IMG/VR virus record: IMGVR_UViG_3300029908_000004
Coordinates: 43,458 to 107,457 of that record
Direction: 5' to 3' (one strand)
DNA: 64,000 bases
Source of the DNA: a virus
Part shown: positions 1-8,802 of the stretch, in pieces
Position numbering within the stretch: the first letter of the stretch is position 1
How the letters are laid out: each line of letters starts with the position of its first letter
Made by a program: the position numbers and the translations under genes
Notes under the pieces: generated by a model
What the model saw: the letters and a program-made list of their open reading frames with translations, nothing else
The model's database searches: none
What the model was told of the DNA's origin: nothing

Positions 1-134
1 GAAACCAGAAGGATCAAATTCTAGTTCAGCAACTGTGTCGTCCTGTAAGTAGAAGATTTGTGTCTTACCTTGGGTGTTCTTTACGATCTTGATATGTCCT
101 GTCCATAGTGTCTGTTCATCCATAATTATCTCCT

Positions 135-210
135 TGGAGCTACCGCCGGGGATCGAACCCGGGACCTCTACTATACCAAAGTAGCACTCTACCGACTGAG
201 CTACAGTAGC
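135..210 (-). tRNA. tRNA-Thr (anticodon GGU), CCA encoded
   Basis: Hand-folded cloverleaf on the reverse complement: acceptor GCTACTG/CGGTAGC, D-arm GCTC-AGTCGGTA-GAGT, anticodon arm CTACT-TTGGTAT-AGTAG, T-arm CCGGG-TTCGATC-CCCGG, discriminator T, CCA. Confidence 0.85.
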
Positions 211-585
211 TTATACTTCATTCCTTGATTCCAATTCGTCAACAACAGTTCGTTCTTTATTAGCATGAACTGGCTTTTTATTAATCTTTACTTTATCTAT
301 ATTAATCTTCTGAAGACAGGCTATTATTCGCTTCTTGTCTGAATCAACTTTTTTCATAGCAGCTTCGACTTGTCCTTGTATCTTATTAACTTCAGACTGT
401 CGCTGCTCCAGATTCTTCTCGGCTTGCGCGAAGCTGGCAAGTGCCCGTTTATTTTCGTAATCCAGATTTGCTATTTCACTTAAATGAGATTGGATACTAT
501 CCAACATTCTCCTACCCGTTGGATCGATGATCCTGTCAAGGATTGATCCTTTCGCTACACTTTTCTTTACTATCTTTTTCATCAT
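211..585 (-). CDS. hypothetical coiled-coil protein (124 aa)
   Basis: ORF starts immediately downstream (minus sense) of tRNA-Thr. Charged, heptad-like composition; no recognisable domain. Confidence 0.5.
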   Translation of the reverse strand: MMKKIVKKSVAKGSILDRIIDPTGRRMLDSIQSHLSEIANLDYENKRALASFAQAEKNLEQRQSEVNKIQGQVEAAMKKVDSDKKRIIACLQKINIDKVKINKKPVHANKERTVVDELESRNEV

Positions 586-721
586 TGTGCCACCGCCTCT
601 GAAAATGTAAGAATCGAAATTAGTGAATCTGGAAAAATAAGTGCTATACCACTAAATCTGAAGATTAAAGAAGAGCTTTTTTGTCTCGCGTGTTGACTTT
701 AGGACAACCTCTCTAGTTAGC

Positions 722-1057
722 TTACTTAGGCAACTTACCCTTGCTTCTAAGCTTTTCTTCAGATTCATCAAATTCGTGTTTTAGCTGTTGCCCCTGAACT
801 GCCACTTTTACGCATAATTCCAAATATTCATCAAAATCTGACCAGTAGTCATAAGACATGGGTTCGGATTTACGACCAGAGGTGTAAGTTACAACTATAT
901 TAGGGGAACCATACACCCCGTTTTTCTTTATTTCTGTTATAACACCATTTTTTGTAGGATAACACGTCTTGTAAACACGTTTACCAATTTTCAACTGGTC
1001 ATTTTTTATGTGAGCTCTGCTTTTCAGAATTACTTGTGATGGAAGAAGTTTTGCCAT
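722..1057 (-). CDS. hypothetical protein (111 aa)
   Basis: Intact ORF in the gene-dense minus-strand array; no recognisable motif. Confidence 0.5.
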   Translation of the reverse strand: MAKLLPSQVILKSRAHIKNDQLKIGKRVYKTCYPTKNGVITEIKKNGVYGSPNIVVTYTSGRKSEPMSYDYWSDFDEYLELCVKVAVQGQQLKHEFDESEEKLRSKGKLPK

Positions 1058-1102
1058 AAACTAGAAACCTTTTGTCTATACTATATAATAGTGAGGTGAT
1101 CA

Positions 1103-1324
1103 ATGAACGATAATTTGATTAAAATCTGCCGTAAATGTAAAATCCCTAAAGATCGTGACGAATTCCCGTGGAAGAACAAATCCAAAGGAATTCGCCATAA
1201 TACTTGTAAGCATTGTACACGGGACTATAGTGAAAACTATTACAAGTCAAATCAAAATGAACTATCAGAGAAAGCTAAACTACACCAAAGGGAGAAAAGA
1301 GCTGCTAAACCAAATGTGGTTTAA
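1103..1324 (+). CDS. small Cys-rich zinc-ribbon protein (73 aa)
   Basis: CxxC...CxxC pairs (CRKCK...CKHC). GAGGTG Shine-Dalgarno 6 nt upstream of ATG. One of the few plus-strand ORFs. Confidence 0.45.
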   Translation: MNDNLIKICRKCKIPKDRDEFPWKNKSKGIRHNTCKHCTRDYSENYYKSNQNELSEKAKLHQREKRAAKPNVV

Positions 1325-3048
1325 GCTTCTAATTCCTTCTCTCGTGGTTCAGCATCATAGCTATCAATAGACAGTTTCATGTCCTCAGAGAACTTTATAG
1401 CCACTTCTACTGATCTCTTGATATCTCCTATTCTAATCTCACGACCATTATCTGCCCGAGCTAGTGTTTGTGACAAACGGATGGCATTTTTGATTTGTCG
1501 TCCGTTTAGATTATAAACACTCATCTCTTTCGACCACTGTGCATTCATTTTGGCCGCTTCTAGTAGGTTGTACCAGATTTTCTCTCTCTTTTCCTGTCCG
1601 TTGTTACAGAAATGAAGTGCTACAGAGATGCGGCTATAAAATGCCTTATCAATATTCTTGACACGATTGGTGGTAAGGAAAAGTACTCCGTTGTGATATT
1701 CTAGCAAACGAAGGAAAACACCAACCATAGCATTTCTTTCGATGTCGTGCTCATCACGAGCTTCCAAGAAGATATCTGCCTCATCCAGAAGGATAACAGC
1801 ATCCCAAATCGTTGCTACCTCCAAGATATTGCGTAAATGAGATTCCAAGTGTTCTGTATCTGTTCCCAATTCTCCTACTGAGACTGAATACAGTGGCTTG
1901 TGAAGAATTTCTGCAACTGCTTCAGCAGAAGCAGTTTTACCTAACCCCGGTTCTCCATGAAGCAGGAAGATGCAGCCTCCACCTTTACCTTCAATGATAT
2001 CGGTGAATCCGCCACCATGGTATTTAACCAGAGAGTAAATCAAATCCTTACTGTCTTGATCCAACACCAGTCGATCAAAAGCATCCTCACGGAAATTGAT
2101 CTCGCTCAAGCCAGAAAGTCTTAGACGTCCCCATTCCTTAACTTGTAAGCTAAACCCCAGAAGATATGGATAACAGCGCCAATAGTCTTCTTCTTTTAAC
2201 TTGGTTTCATCTTTTTGGGTAACTTCTACTTCATCGTCGTCTTCCAAATTGATACCCAACATACGTCCACATTGGCCCCAAACGTCAGGTTTTAATCTGG
2301 AGAAGGAAACTGGATCGATTACCACACGACCAGAAGCTCTCGTTATCTTGTTCCCGAGCCAACTTGGTGATATCATGTTGCCTTCGTAATGAAGGTACCT
2401 ACCCGGTTTAGACATTGATAGAATCTTCTCTCCACGTTCGGACATGGACTTCTTCTCAGAGTCAGTGACCAACCGAATTGGTAACGAACTAATTGGTACG
2501 CTACCCGGGAATCCGTTTATTCCGAATGAATAATCATTCTCCACGATTTTGCCGCATAACCCATGTATAACCCTTAGGGAGATCCTGAATACAGGACCCA
2601 TCCATGTATAATCTATTCTTGACTTCCTGACGATACCACCAATGGCTTCTTCCCCTTGGATAACAACTTCTTTCTCTTCTGGGAAATATCTTATCATATC
2701 GTTAAGGGTAAGAACTCCGTTATCGATTCTTGCTAAGAATAATTTCTCTAACAATTCCCCCATCGACTGAATATATTTATAAAGGTCTTTACCCTTTTTG
2801 TCAGTTTTCAGCGATGTCCCCTCGTTTGATACATAGCCGTGATAAAACTGACACAATACATAGATAGGGTATCTATGACGATATATAATTGCGGCTTCGT
2901 AATCCCATACTTTTGTTAGATCGCTAAACACTAAAGTCTTTATATATTGGTCTTTAACAGATCGGAAACAGACCACTTCTTCACCAGAAATATCAAGAAT
3001 TGTGTAGAAGTCTGTTGCATTAATTAATTTCTCTGCGATTTCCATACG
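1321..3048 (-). CDS. AAA+ ATPase with large N-terminal domain
   Basis: Walker A GEPGLGKT, Walker B ILLDEAD, sensor/arginine-finger region LTTNRVKNIDKAFYSRI. Start trimmed to the internal Met (MEIAEKL) because the upstream extension of the ORF overlaps the tRNA at 3148-3232. Confidence 0.8.
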   Translation of the reverse strand, partial: RMEIAEKLINATDFYTILDISGEEVVCFRSVKDQYIKTLVFSDLTKVWDYEAAIIYRHRYPIYVLCQFYHGYVSNEGTSLKTDKKGKDLYKYIQSMGELLEKLFLARIDNGVLTLNDMIRYFPEEKEVVIQGEEAIGGIVRKSRIDYTWMGPVFRISLRVIHGLCGKIVENDYSFGINGFPGSVPISSLPIRLVTDSEKKSMSERGEKILSMSKPGRYLHYEGNMISPSWLGNKITRASGRVVIDPVSFSRLKPDVWGQCGRMLGINLEDDDEVEVTQKDETKLKEEDYWRCYPYLLGFSLQVKEWGRLRLSGLSEINFREDAFDRLVLDQDSKDLIYSLVKYHGGGFTDIIEGKGGGCIFLLHGEPGLGKTASAEAVAEILHKPLYSVSVGELGTDTEHLESHLRNILEVATIWDAVILLDEADIFLEARDEHDIERNAMVGVFLRLLEYHNGVLFLTTNRVKNIDKAFYSRISVALHFCNNGQEKREKIWYNLLEAAKMNAQWSKEMSVYNLNGRQIKNAIRLSQTLARADNGREIRIGDIKRSVEVAIKFSEDMKLSIDSYDAEPREKELEA

Positions 3049-3147
3049 AATTGTCCTTTTCTTGGAGCTGGTGACCGAAGTCGAATCGATAACCTCTACT
3101 TTACGAAAGTATTGCTCTTCCAATTGAGCTACACCAGCGTTGATATC

Positions 3148-3232
3148 TGGAGCGAGAGACGGGATTTGAACCCGCATGTCTTTCAACGGTAGCTTGGAAG
3201 GCTACTGACCAACCGAGTAGGTCATCTCCCGC
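3148..3232 (-). tRNA. tRNA-Gly (anticodon UCC) with atypical 13-nt variable arm, CCA encoded
   Basis: Acceptor GCGGGAG/CTCTCGC with U73, as in bacterial tRNA-Gly. D-arm GACC-TACTCGGTT-GGTC. Anticodon arm GTAGC-CTTCCAA-GCTAC. Variable region CGTTGAAAGACAT can form a small stem (GTT-GAAA-GAC). T-arm GCGGG-TTCAAAT-CCCGT. Confidence 0.7.
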
Positions 3233-3502
3233 TTATGTATTCGCTGTTGCTTCTGTGAAATCCAGATATACGTACTTTCCGGTACAGGAGGCAGTATCTG
3301 GCCCCAACTTCTCGAAAAACTCGATAGCCGCTGGGTTGGTAAGCGTCAGCTCGACGCTTCCTGATGGTGTAGAATTGGAAAAGCTCTCGTTTTCCGGGTT
3401 AGATTCGTCGCCCTTGTAAACGGCATAAAGCTTGACTACCACATTCCCATATTGATCCTTGAGAATGTTGCTTACGGTGAACTTTGCTCGTACTCTTTCC
3501 AT
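3233..3502 (-). CDS. hypothetical protein (89 aa)
   Basis: Intact ORF abutting the tRNA 5' end; no recognisable motif. Confidence 0.5.
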   Translation of the reverse strand: MERVRAKFTVSNILKDQYGNVVVKLYAVYKGDESNPENESFSNSTPSGSVELTLTNPAAIEFFEKLGPDTASCTGKYVYLDFTEATANT

Positions 3503-4089
3503 TTGATTTTCCTTTTCCCGTAGTTACGGGAGTCAAGTGTGTAATTCCCAAAAATAAGATGGTGGGACCACGAGCGCGAACACAGCTCAAGCTGTATCCC
3601 ACCATCAATAAAGCTATTCAGTTGTCAAATATCTATAATAGACTGCCTAGGCAACCTATTGGTAAGCGTTAAGATTTATCATAATTCACTAGATGATCAA
3701 GCTCGCCTAAATCTAGTTCGTCTATATCTTCGGACTCATAGCCCTGTTCTTTGGCTAAAGCTAACATTGAGTATACTTGTTCATCCGAGTATTCCCAATG
3801 TCCCTTCCCTCTTATCTTGTGGTAAATTCCAAATCCCATTTGCCTACCTAAACTAAAAGGGAGAATGATTAACATTCTCCCTCTGTGATACAGAAACTTG
3901 TATGCTTAAGCTACAAGATTTTACCAAGAGGGTTCGTAGTGTTAATATGGGTGAATGAACTACCCGAATACACGAGTCCTGTGCGCCCCGTAAAGGGTGT
4001 TTCACTGGATAATACGAATTGATATCTTGGTTTCATTTTTGCTTAACTCTGATTAGTATAGCACTTCTTAGTACAAAGTCCAGAACTAT

Positions 4090-4638
4090 TTATCCAATAC
4101 TTTCGGGGTCATCATCAACATAGTTTACTGTAGCCATAGAAGCAGGCATACAAAACTCATTCACTGACATTTTGTAACCACGGTTTGAGATTGTGAATGA
4201 ATCTTTCCAGTTCCATTCGTCCATTACATAATTACGGAAATCTTCTTCCGTTACTTCAATGATCGTGTCAGAAGACATTTCTAGCATTGTAATCGCTCTG
4301 TCGTAGGACCTAAGATAACAACATGGGGCTGATTCAGATATGCTTAGTGAACTTATTTGTTTTGAAATGTCAATCTTAGCATCAGGCTCTTTGACTTTTG
4401 AGACTGCCCAAGTAAGTTTCTTCTTACACAGAGTCCGGAAATCGGCTACTGCTTCACGATATTCCTTCTCGTGTTTGATCCTGTTTGATTTCAGTTTCGT
4501 AACAAGGTCGGAGACCTTCATTTTTACGGATTTCATTTGAATCTCTTCTCCTAAGGTATATGGTTTGAAAGGACGATATTGTTGGTAGTTAGTAGGCTGT
4601 ATATCAGTGAATTCAGCGAATAATATTGGATTTGGCAT
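4090..4638 (-). CDS. hypothetical protein (182 aa)
   Basis: ORF with coherent composition; no motif recognised. Confidence 0.55.
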   Translation of the reverse strand: MPNPILFAEFTDIQPTNYQQYRPFKPYTLGEEIQMKSVKMKVSDLVTKLKSNRIKHEKEYREAVADFRTLCKKKLTWAVSKVKEPDAKIDISKQISSLSISESAPCCYLRSYDRAITMLEMSSDTIIEVTEEDFRNYVMDEWNWKDSFTISNRGYKMSVNEFCMPASMATVNYVDDDPESIG

Positions 4639-4664
4639 ATGACAGGGAGTACACCACTGTATTC

Positions 4665-4859
4665 CTAGTTATCTTTAGATCCACATTTCAAAACGTTCTG
4701 AAATATATTTATTAATAACTGTCTATTAAGTTCTTGTTGTTCAATTATACTCTTCAAAGCTGCCCTTGAGTAGGAGTTATGGAAATACAAAGTTACTATC
4801 AAAGCTACAAACCATGCAGTTGTAGGTAGTACAAAGACCCAAAATTCATGAGCGGTCAT
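4665..4859 (-). CDS. small membrane protein (64 aa)
   Basis: N-terminal hydrophobic helix (FWVFVLPTTAWFVALIVTLYF). Translationally coupled to the upstream gene (stop/start 4859/4860). Confidence 0.45.
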   Translation of the reverse strand: MTAHEFWVFVLPTTAWFVALIVTLYFHNSYSRAALKSIIEQQELNRQLLINIFQNVLKCGSKDN

Positions 4860-5396
4860 TTATATCTTCTCTCCTTGACCCTTCTCTGCGGATTCTTCTT
4901 TAGTACCTACCAAACCAATGTGAGTTAATCTCCCCGGGGTGTCAGCTTCAGTTAGAACCTTCTTCATAACTCCCAATAGGAGAAGAGCACTTTCACGTTG
5001 ACCTTCTGTTATATCCTCGTGCGTATCAACTGAACGCTTAACTAATAGTTCCTTAAGAACTATACGTTCGTCGTCACTGATAGTTAGAGTATCTAATTTC
5101 TCTAATAACTTGTCCATTTGAAGATATCGAGGGTGAGGATGATGCAAATCAGCTGTTAATTTAGCTTGGACTGTCGCCCATAACGGTGTGACTTGAGTAT
5201 TTAGAACTGTTAGTTGTTTATCGATATCTTGTTTCCATACCAACAACGCGTCCTCAGCTTCTTTTCTGTCTTTTTTAGCTTGTACATATAACGTATACAC
5301 CAAGCCAAGTGTAGCAGAAAACCCAGCTAGTAAAAAACTGAACCACCAATTTCCTGTTGTTGCTAACTCTGTAAATACTATTGTAAAAAGTAACAT
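4860..5396 (-). CDS. membrane-anchored coiled-coil protein (178 aa)
   Basis: N-terminal transmembrane segment followed by charged helical region. Confidence 0.55.
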   Translation of the reverse strand: MLLFTIVFTELATTGNWWFSFLLAGFSATLGLVYTLYVQAKKDRKEAEDALLVWKQDIDKQLTVLNTQVTPLWATVQAKLTADLHHPHPRYLQMDKLLEKLDTLTISDDERIVLKELLVKRSVDTHEDITEGQRESALLLLGVMKKVLTEADTPGRLTHIGLVGTKEESAEKGQGEKI

Positions 5397-5679
5397 AACT
5401 CAATGTCCCCGTCTATCCATTAAATGCTTGGAACTCTGGGGTTCACTGGTTGTAATGGGTCTTTCTGTTCCCAGGTAGACCCTAACCCGGTTAATCAACT
5501 AAGAAGATTAACAATACGCTGGGGCAGAAACACTGGCTAGGCTGGAAATCATCCAGGCTGGCAGAGTGTCGATACCAACAGCGTTTACGTTAACAGTTTT
5601 GCCTGTTATTGTTGTATAGTCGTTTAACGTGAGCCTATAGCACGACCTGTCATTATTTGCAATTCATACCAAGCGAACC

Positions 5680-5770
5680 CGGGAGCGGCCCCTATGGTGG
5701 ACACTCGGGATTCAACCTCCGTGCCCTTATAATTGGTGGACCGCGAGGGAGTTGAACCCTCGTTAATGGT
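5680..5770 (-). other. two tandem tRNA 3'-end-like fragments (T-arm + acceptor 3' strand + CCA), no 5' halves
   Basis: Minus strand reads AGGG-TTCAACT-CCCT..GTCCACCA and GGAGG-TTGAATC-CC..GTCCACCA; direct repeat tggtggac on plus. No pairing 5' acceptor, D arm or anticodon arm found. Confidence 0.35.
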
Positions 5771-5803
5771 CATGCTTACAAATAAATCATACAGGTTTAA
5801 CCG

Positions 5804-6289
5804 TTAGAACTTAAATACTATTCCACCGCTATAACGAAACCCAGAGACCCCTTTACCATCATGAATTGAATATATGTGGTCTAGGTCAATGGCTCTAATA
5901 GCAACATGTTTAAATAGGTTGTAATCAACTGCTCCGCCAGTGGCTATAGCAAATCCAGAATCCGAAAACTTATTAATCTCTGCACGTTCCCAGCCTAGTA
6001 ATACGTGGCTGGATACGTCTATGTTTCCTACTGAGAATAACTTTACAGTAGGACCAACAGAGTATACATAAGCTCGCTTACCGTCTGAGAAATTGCCACT
6101 TAGGTCTACTGTTGCACCAAACCTAGGAGTGAAGAAGTAAGTTCCATCTGCTTGATACCCAAGCACGTTGGAAAACTGACTTACATCTGTATGGCGATAT
6201 TGAATACCACCGTAGACCTCGACCTTGTCTTGGGCGAGTGCGAAAGTACTTAATAGTACCATAGCAACAGCTAACATGAAATTACGCAT
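5804..6289 (-). CDS. outer-membrane beta-barrel protein (OmpA/OmpX/Lom-like), signal peptide
   Basis: Signal peptide MRNFMLAVAMVLLSTFALAQ. Alternating amphipathic beta-strands with Y/F/G-rich segments. C-terminal ...GGIVFKF aromatic terminus typical of OMP barrels. Confidence 0.7.
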   Translation of the reverse strand: MRNFMLAVAMVLLSTFALAQDKVEVYGGIQYRHTDVSQFSNVLGYQADGTYFFTPRFGATVDLSGNFSDGKRAYVYSVGPTVKLFSVGNIDVSSHVLLGWERAEINKFSDSGFAIATGGAVDYNLFKHVAIRAIDLDHIYSIHDGKGVSGFRYSGGIVFKF

Positions 6290-6406
6290 TTATATTTCTC
6301 TCCTTGGAAATCTTATGGGAATCAGGTGCAGGGCTTTAGGCTACAATCCCATCTTGTAGTAGCTCCTAAAGTGTCTAGTGTTACCTAGAGCCTACACCCT
6401 CACTAT

Positions 6407-6481
6407 TGGCGATCCAGATCGGATTTGAACCGACACAAACTTCAGAGACAGTGAAGTGCACTGCCGTTATGCTACTGGACC
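6407..6481 (-). tRNA. tRNA-Asp (anticodon GUC), CCA encoded
   Basis: Acceptor GGTCCAG/CTGGATC, D-arm GCAT-AACGGCA-GTGC, anticodon arm CTTCA-CTGTCTC-TGAAG, T-arm GTCGG-TTCAAAT-CCGAT, discriminator G, CCA. Confidence 0.85.
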
Positions 6482-6766
6482 AAAATCTTAGGTGGATATA
6501 ATTGGAATTGGATATTTCGGATATCTTAGTCCAGCAAACATCACCAGCGTCAAATATCCTACACCTTTATGTGGTCAAAGGTAACCGCACTGACTTCTCA
6601 ATACTAGTAGTGTCTTAACCAGACACAGGCTTATAACTATTTAACCTCTGTGTTTGCTATTCTTTCAAATAGCTCTTCTCTATCAGAGAAGGTTTAATTG
6701 TCCCCGAGGTAACGGGTACTTGCACGGTTATAGAGATAACCAAGTTCCGGCGACCCACCAAAGGTC

Positions 6767-6937
6767 TTAATGCTTTATTGTTACTCCTGCTGTGTTTACA
6801 AAACCTAATAACACGGTTAGAGCCCAGAAGAATAACCCCCAAGCTAGCATATTAAATCTAGGATTGGGGAAATTAACACCACAAGCTGCGATCAATAAAC
6901 AAACCACAGCTAAAATCATTAGAACTAAACCTACCAT
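6767..6937 (-). CDS. small hydrophobic membrane protein (56 aa), not in supplied ORF track
   Basis: ATG preceded by a G-rich SD; two predicted TM helices (MVGLVLMILAVVCLLIAACG...WGLFFWALTVLLGF). Confidence 0.35.
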   Translation of the reverse strand: MVGLVLMILAVVCLLIAACGVNFPNPRFNMLAWGLFFWALTVLLGFVNTAGVTIKH

Positions 6938-6988
6938 TGTAAAACCCCCATATTTACCTTCTAGAGGTTCAACGAACGTAGTTTGTTG

Positions 6989-7210
6989 TTATTGCAATCC
7001 AAGTAGTGGAAGTTTTGCTCCACCACTCTTACCTCTTGTCTTCTTGCCGGGCTTGAACTTAGCCTTGGCATATCTGACAGAGGGTGGGTATGCTTTCATT
7101 ACCCTTTCACGATGAGCTTCACGTTCAGCTGCCTTACGAAGTCTCGTAGCTTCTTTCTGCTCTTCAGTCCTTGGGAGATGTACAGTTTCTCCATTCACTC
7201 GACAGCGCAT
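6989..7210 (-). CDS. small basic (Arg/Lys-rich) protein (73 aa)
   Basis: Strongly basic composition (KKTRGKSGGAK, RLRKAAEREAHRER). Preferred over the overlapping plus-strand ORF 6792-7115 with low-complexity translation. Confidence 0.4.
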   Translation of the reverse strand: MRCRVNGETVHLPRTEEQKEATRLRKAAEREAHRERVMKAYPPSVRYAKAKFKPGKKTRGKSGGAKLPLLGLQ

Positions 7211-7246
7211 ATGTAGCTCCTTTTAATGTTTGGAACTATTTATTCA

Positions 7247-7610
7247 TCTCTCGGATATGGATTGACAAAGGTATTGCCTGCACGCAGGCTGTCATTTTAA
7301 TTGTAGATAACCTTTATACTTCGACCCGAGATTCTTTGTTGCTTAAGATGTAGATTGATAAGGGAATGCCTTTTCCCGAGATGGATCCGGGAACCACTGT
7401 AGGCAACAGCTAGCTTGCGCTTTTAGATAACCCTTGTCGTTCGACCCTAAGCGGAATTTATATTGTTATGGATATGGATTGATAAGGTTATGCCTTATTT
7501 GGGTATCGAAACCCGCTGCAGGCGACAGTTAGACTTTCGTCCATCCAGATAATCCTCGTCGGTCGACCCATAACAAAGTTGTTAAAACTACTTCTTTTTA
7601 CCACCCTTAC
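7247..7610. repeat. tandem array of 3 degenerate ~120-bp repeat units, each with bipartite motif GATAAYC-N7-KTCGACCC and GATTGAYAARGG submotif
   Basis: Motif copies at 7296-7317, 7416-7437, 7538-7559 (spacing 120/122 bp). Submotif GGATATGGATTGA at 7243, 7341, 7460. Confidence 0.6.
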
Positions 7611-7826
7611 CACGGTTACCACCAACGGTTGTGGTGGCTGTCTTGTTCAATGACTCGAAGCCGCCCTTTTTACTTGGTTTGCCAGTGCTACCGATCTTAC
7701 CCTGACCCGGATCTTTACCCTTGTGAATCATCGTACTCTCCCTTATTTGTACTACTTAATATTGGTGGACCCAGCGAGAATTGCACCTTTGTAAATGTTA
7801 TACTATATAGATACGAAAGGATTTGT

Positions 7827-7905
7827 TGGTGGATCGTATGAGAATCGAACTCATCTGAAATCTTCTTTGCAAAAGAAGTGACCACCCCGTGCAGTCCCAC
7901 AACCC
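7827..7905 (-). tRNA. tRNA-Ala (anticodon UGC), CCA encoded
   Basis: Acceptor GGGTTGT/ACGATCC including the G3:U70 Ala identity pair. Anticodon arm CTTCT-TTTGCAA-AGAAG. T-arm ATGAG-TTCGATT-CTCAT. Confidence 0.75.
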
Positions 7906-7911
7906 ATTTAT

Positions 7912-8442
7912 ATGCCAATTCGTAACTGTTTATATTGTAACAAACTATTTGATGCTCCACAACGTGATATTACCAGAGGTAATGGTAAATACTGTTCCAG
8001 GAAATGCTCTGGAAACTATAAGAGCTCTCTTCCTAGTAAAGCTCCTATTATAGAGCTTACTTGTGCTTATTGTAATAGTACATTTACTAAGCCTTCCAGA
8101 TACGTTAGAAAAGCCAATTCTAGAAGCGGATTGCGCTTTTGTAACCGTAAGTGTAAAGAACTTGGACAGCGATTAGACGGTGGTAACATAAAAGCTATAC
8201 AACCATCTCATTTTGGCACAGGTACCGGAGAACACCATTATAGAGCAAAAGCTCTAAACGCATTCCCAAATAAGTGTAATAGATGTGGATATGATGAATT
8301 AATAGGGATCCTTGTTGTACACCACAAGGATCGTAACCGTTCCAATTCTCATCTATCAAACTTAGAGATTCTGTGCCCAAATTGTCACGCTAAAGAACAT
8401 TACATTAATCACGATGGATCGTATAGCTCAAAGAGAAAATGA
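7912..8442 (+). CDS. HNH homing endonuclease with N-terminal zinc-finger repeats
   Basis: HNH motif VVHHKDRNRSNSHLSNLEILCPNCH plus repeated CxxC pairs. Opposite strand to neighbours, directly adjacent to tRNA-Ala and the repeat array. Confidence 0.8.
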   Translation: MPIRNCLYCNKLFDAPQRDITRGNGKYCSRKCSGNYKSSLPSKAPIIELTCAYCNSTFTKPSRYVRKANSRSGLRFCNRKCKELGQRLDGGNIKAIQPSHFGTGTGEHHYRAKALNAFPNKCNRCGYDELIGILVVHHKDRNRSNSHLSNLEILCPNCHAKEHYINHDGSYSSKRK

Positions 8443-8541
8443 TGCTGCTTTGCAAGAGCATTGCTCTCCCGAATGAGCTAAGAGCCCACGTCGTGCTTTC
8501 CTATTTAGTATACCACCAAATGTTGGAAAACACTAGAATCT

Positions 8542-8700
8542 TTAATCTCTTTCTCTTTCTCTTTCGCGACTCAACGCCTTCTGTTCGCGAGACCACCAGA
8601 ACTTCCATGAAACACTTCTACCATCGTAGTACCAGCCAAGCGCTTTCAAACGTTCGTACGTTTCTGGTGAGGTTCCTGTCTTCTTAAGTTCTTCTGGCAT
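8542..8700 (-). CDS. small protein (52 aa), not in supplied ORF track
   Basis: ATG with GAGGA SD 7 nt upstream; ends in an RE-repeat tail (SREREREGD). Confidence 0.4.
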   Translation of the reverse strand: MPEELKKTGTSPETYERLKALGWYYDGRSVSWKFWWSREQKALSRERERERD

Positions 8701-8802
8701 TTTCTTTTCCTCATCTTGGGATTTTAGTGGAGTAGCCCGGCTATCCGCGTCGGGCTACCCCGGTTAATTTGATGTCAAACCTAAATGGTTTTAACAAATT
8801 AC

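Noticed and set aside
3049-3186. N-terminal 46 codons of the AAA+ ATPase ORF
   Set aside because: This extension is translated across the tRNA-Gly gene; the real start is the downstream Met.
6792-7115. 107-aa plus-strand ORF
   Set aside because: Low-complexity translation with no SD; overlaps a more plausible small membrane ORF and basic protein on the minus strand.
7247-7610. CRISPR array
   Set aside because: Repeat units are about 120 bp, degenerate and contiguous, with no unique spacers and no cas genes.
7715-7960. 81-aa minus-strand ORF
   Set aside because: Lies entirely across tRNA-Ala and the HNH start; no SD; almost certainly spurious.
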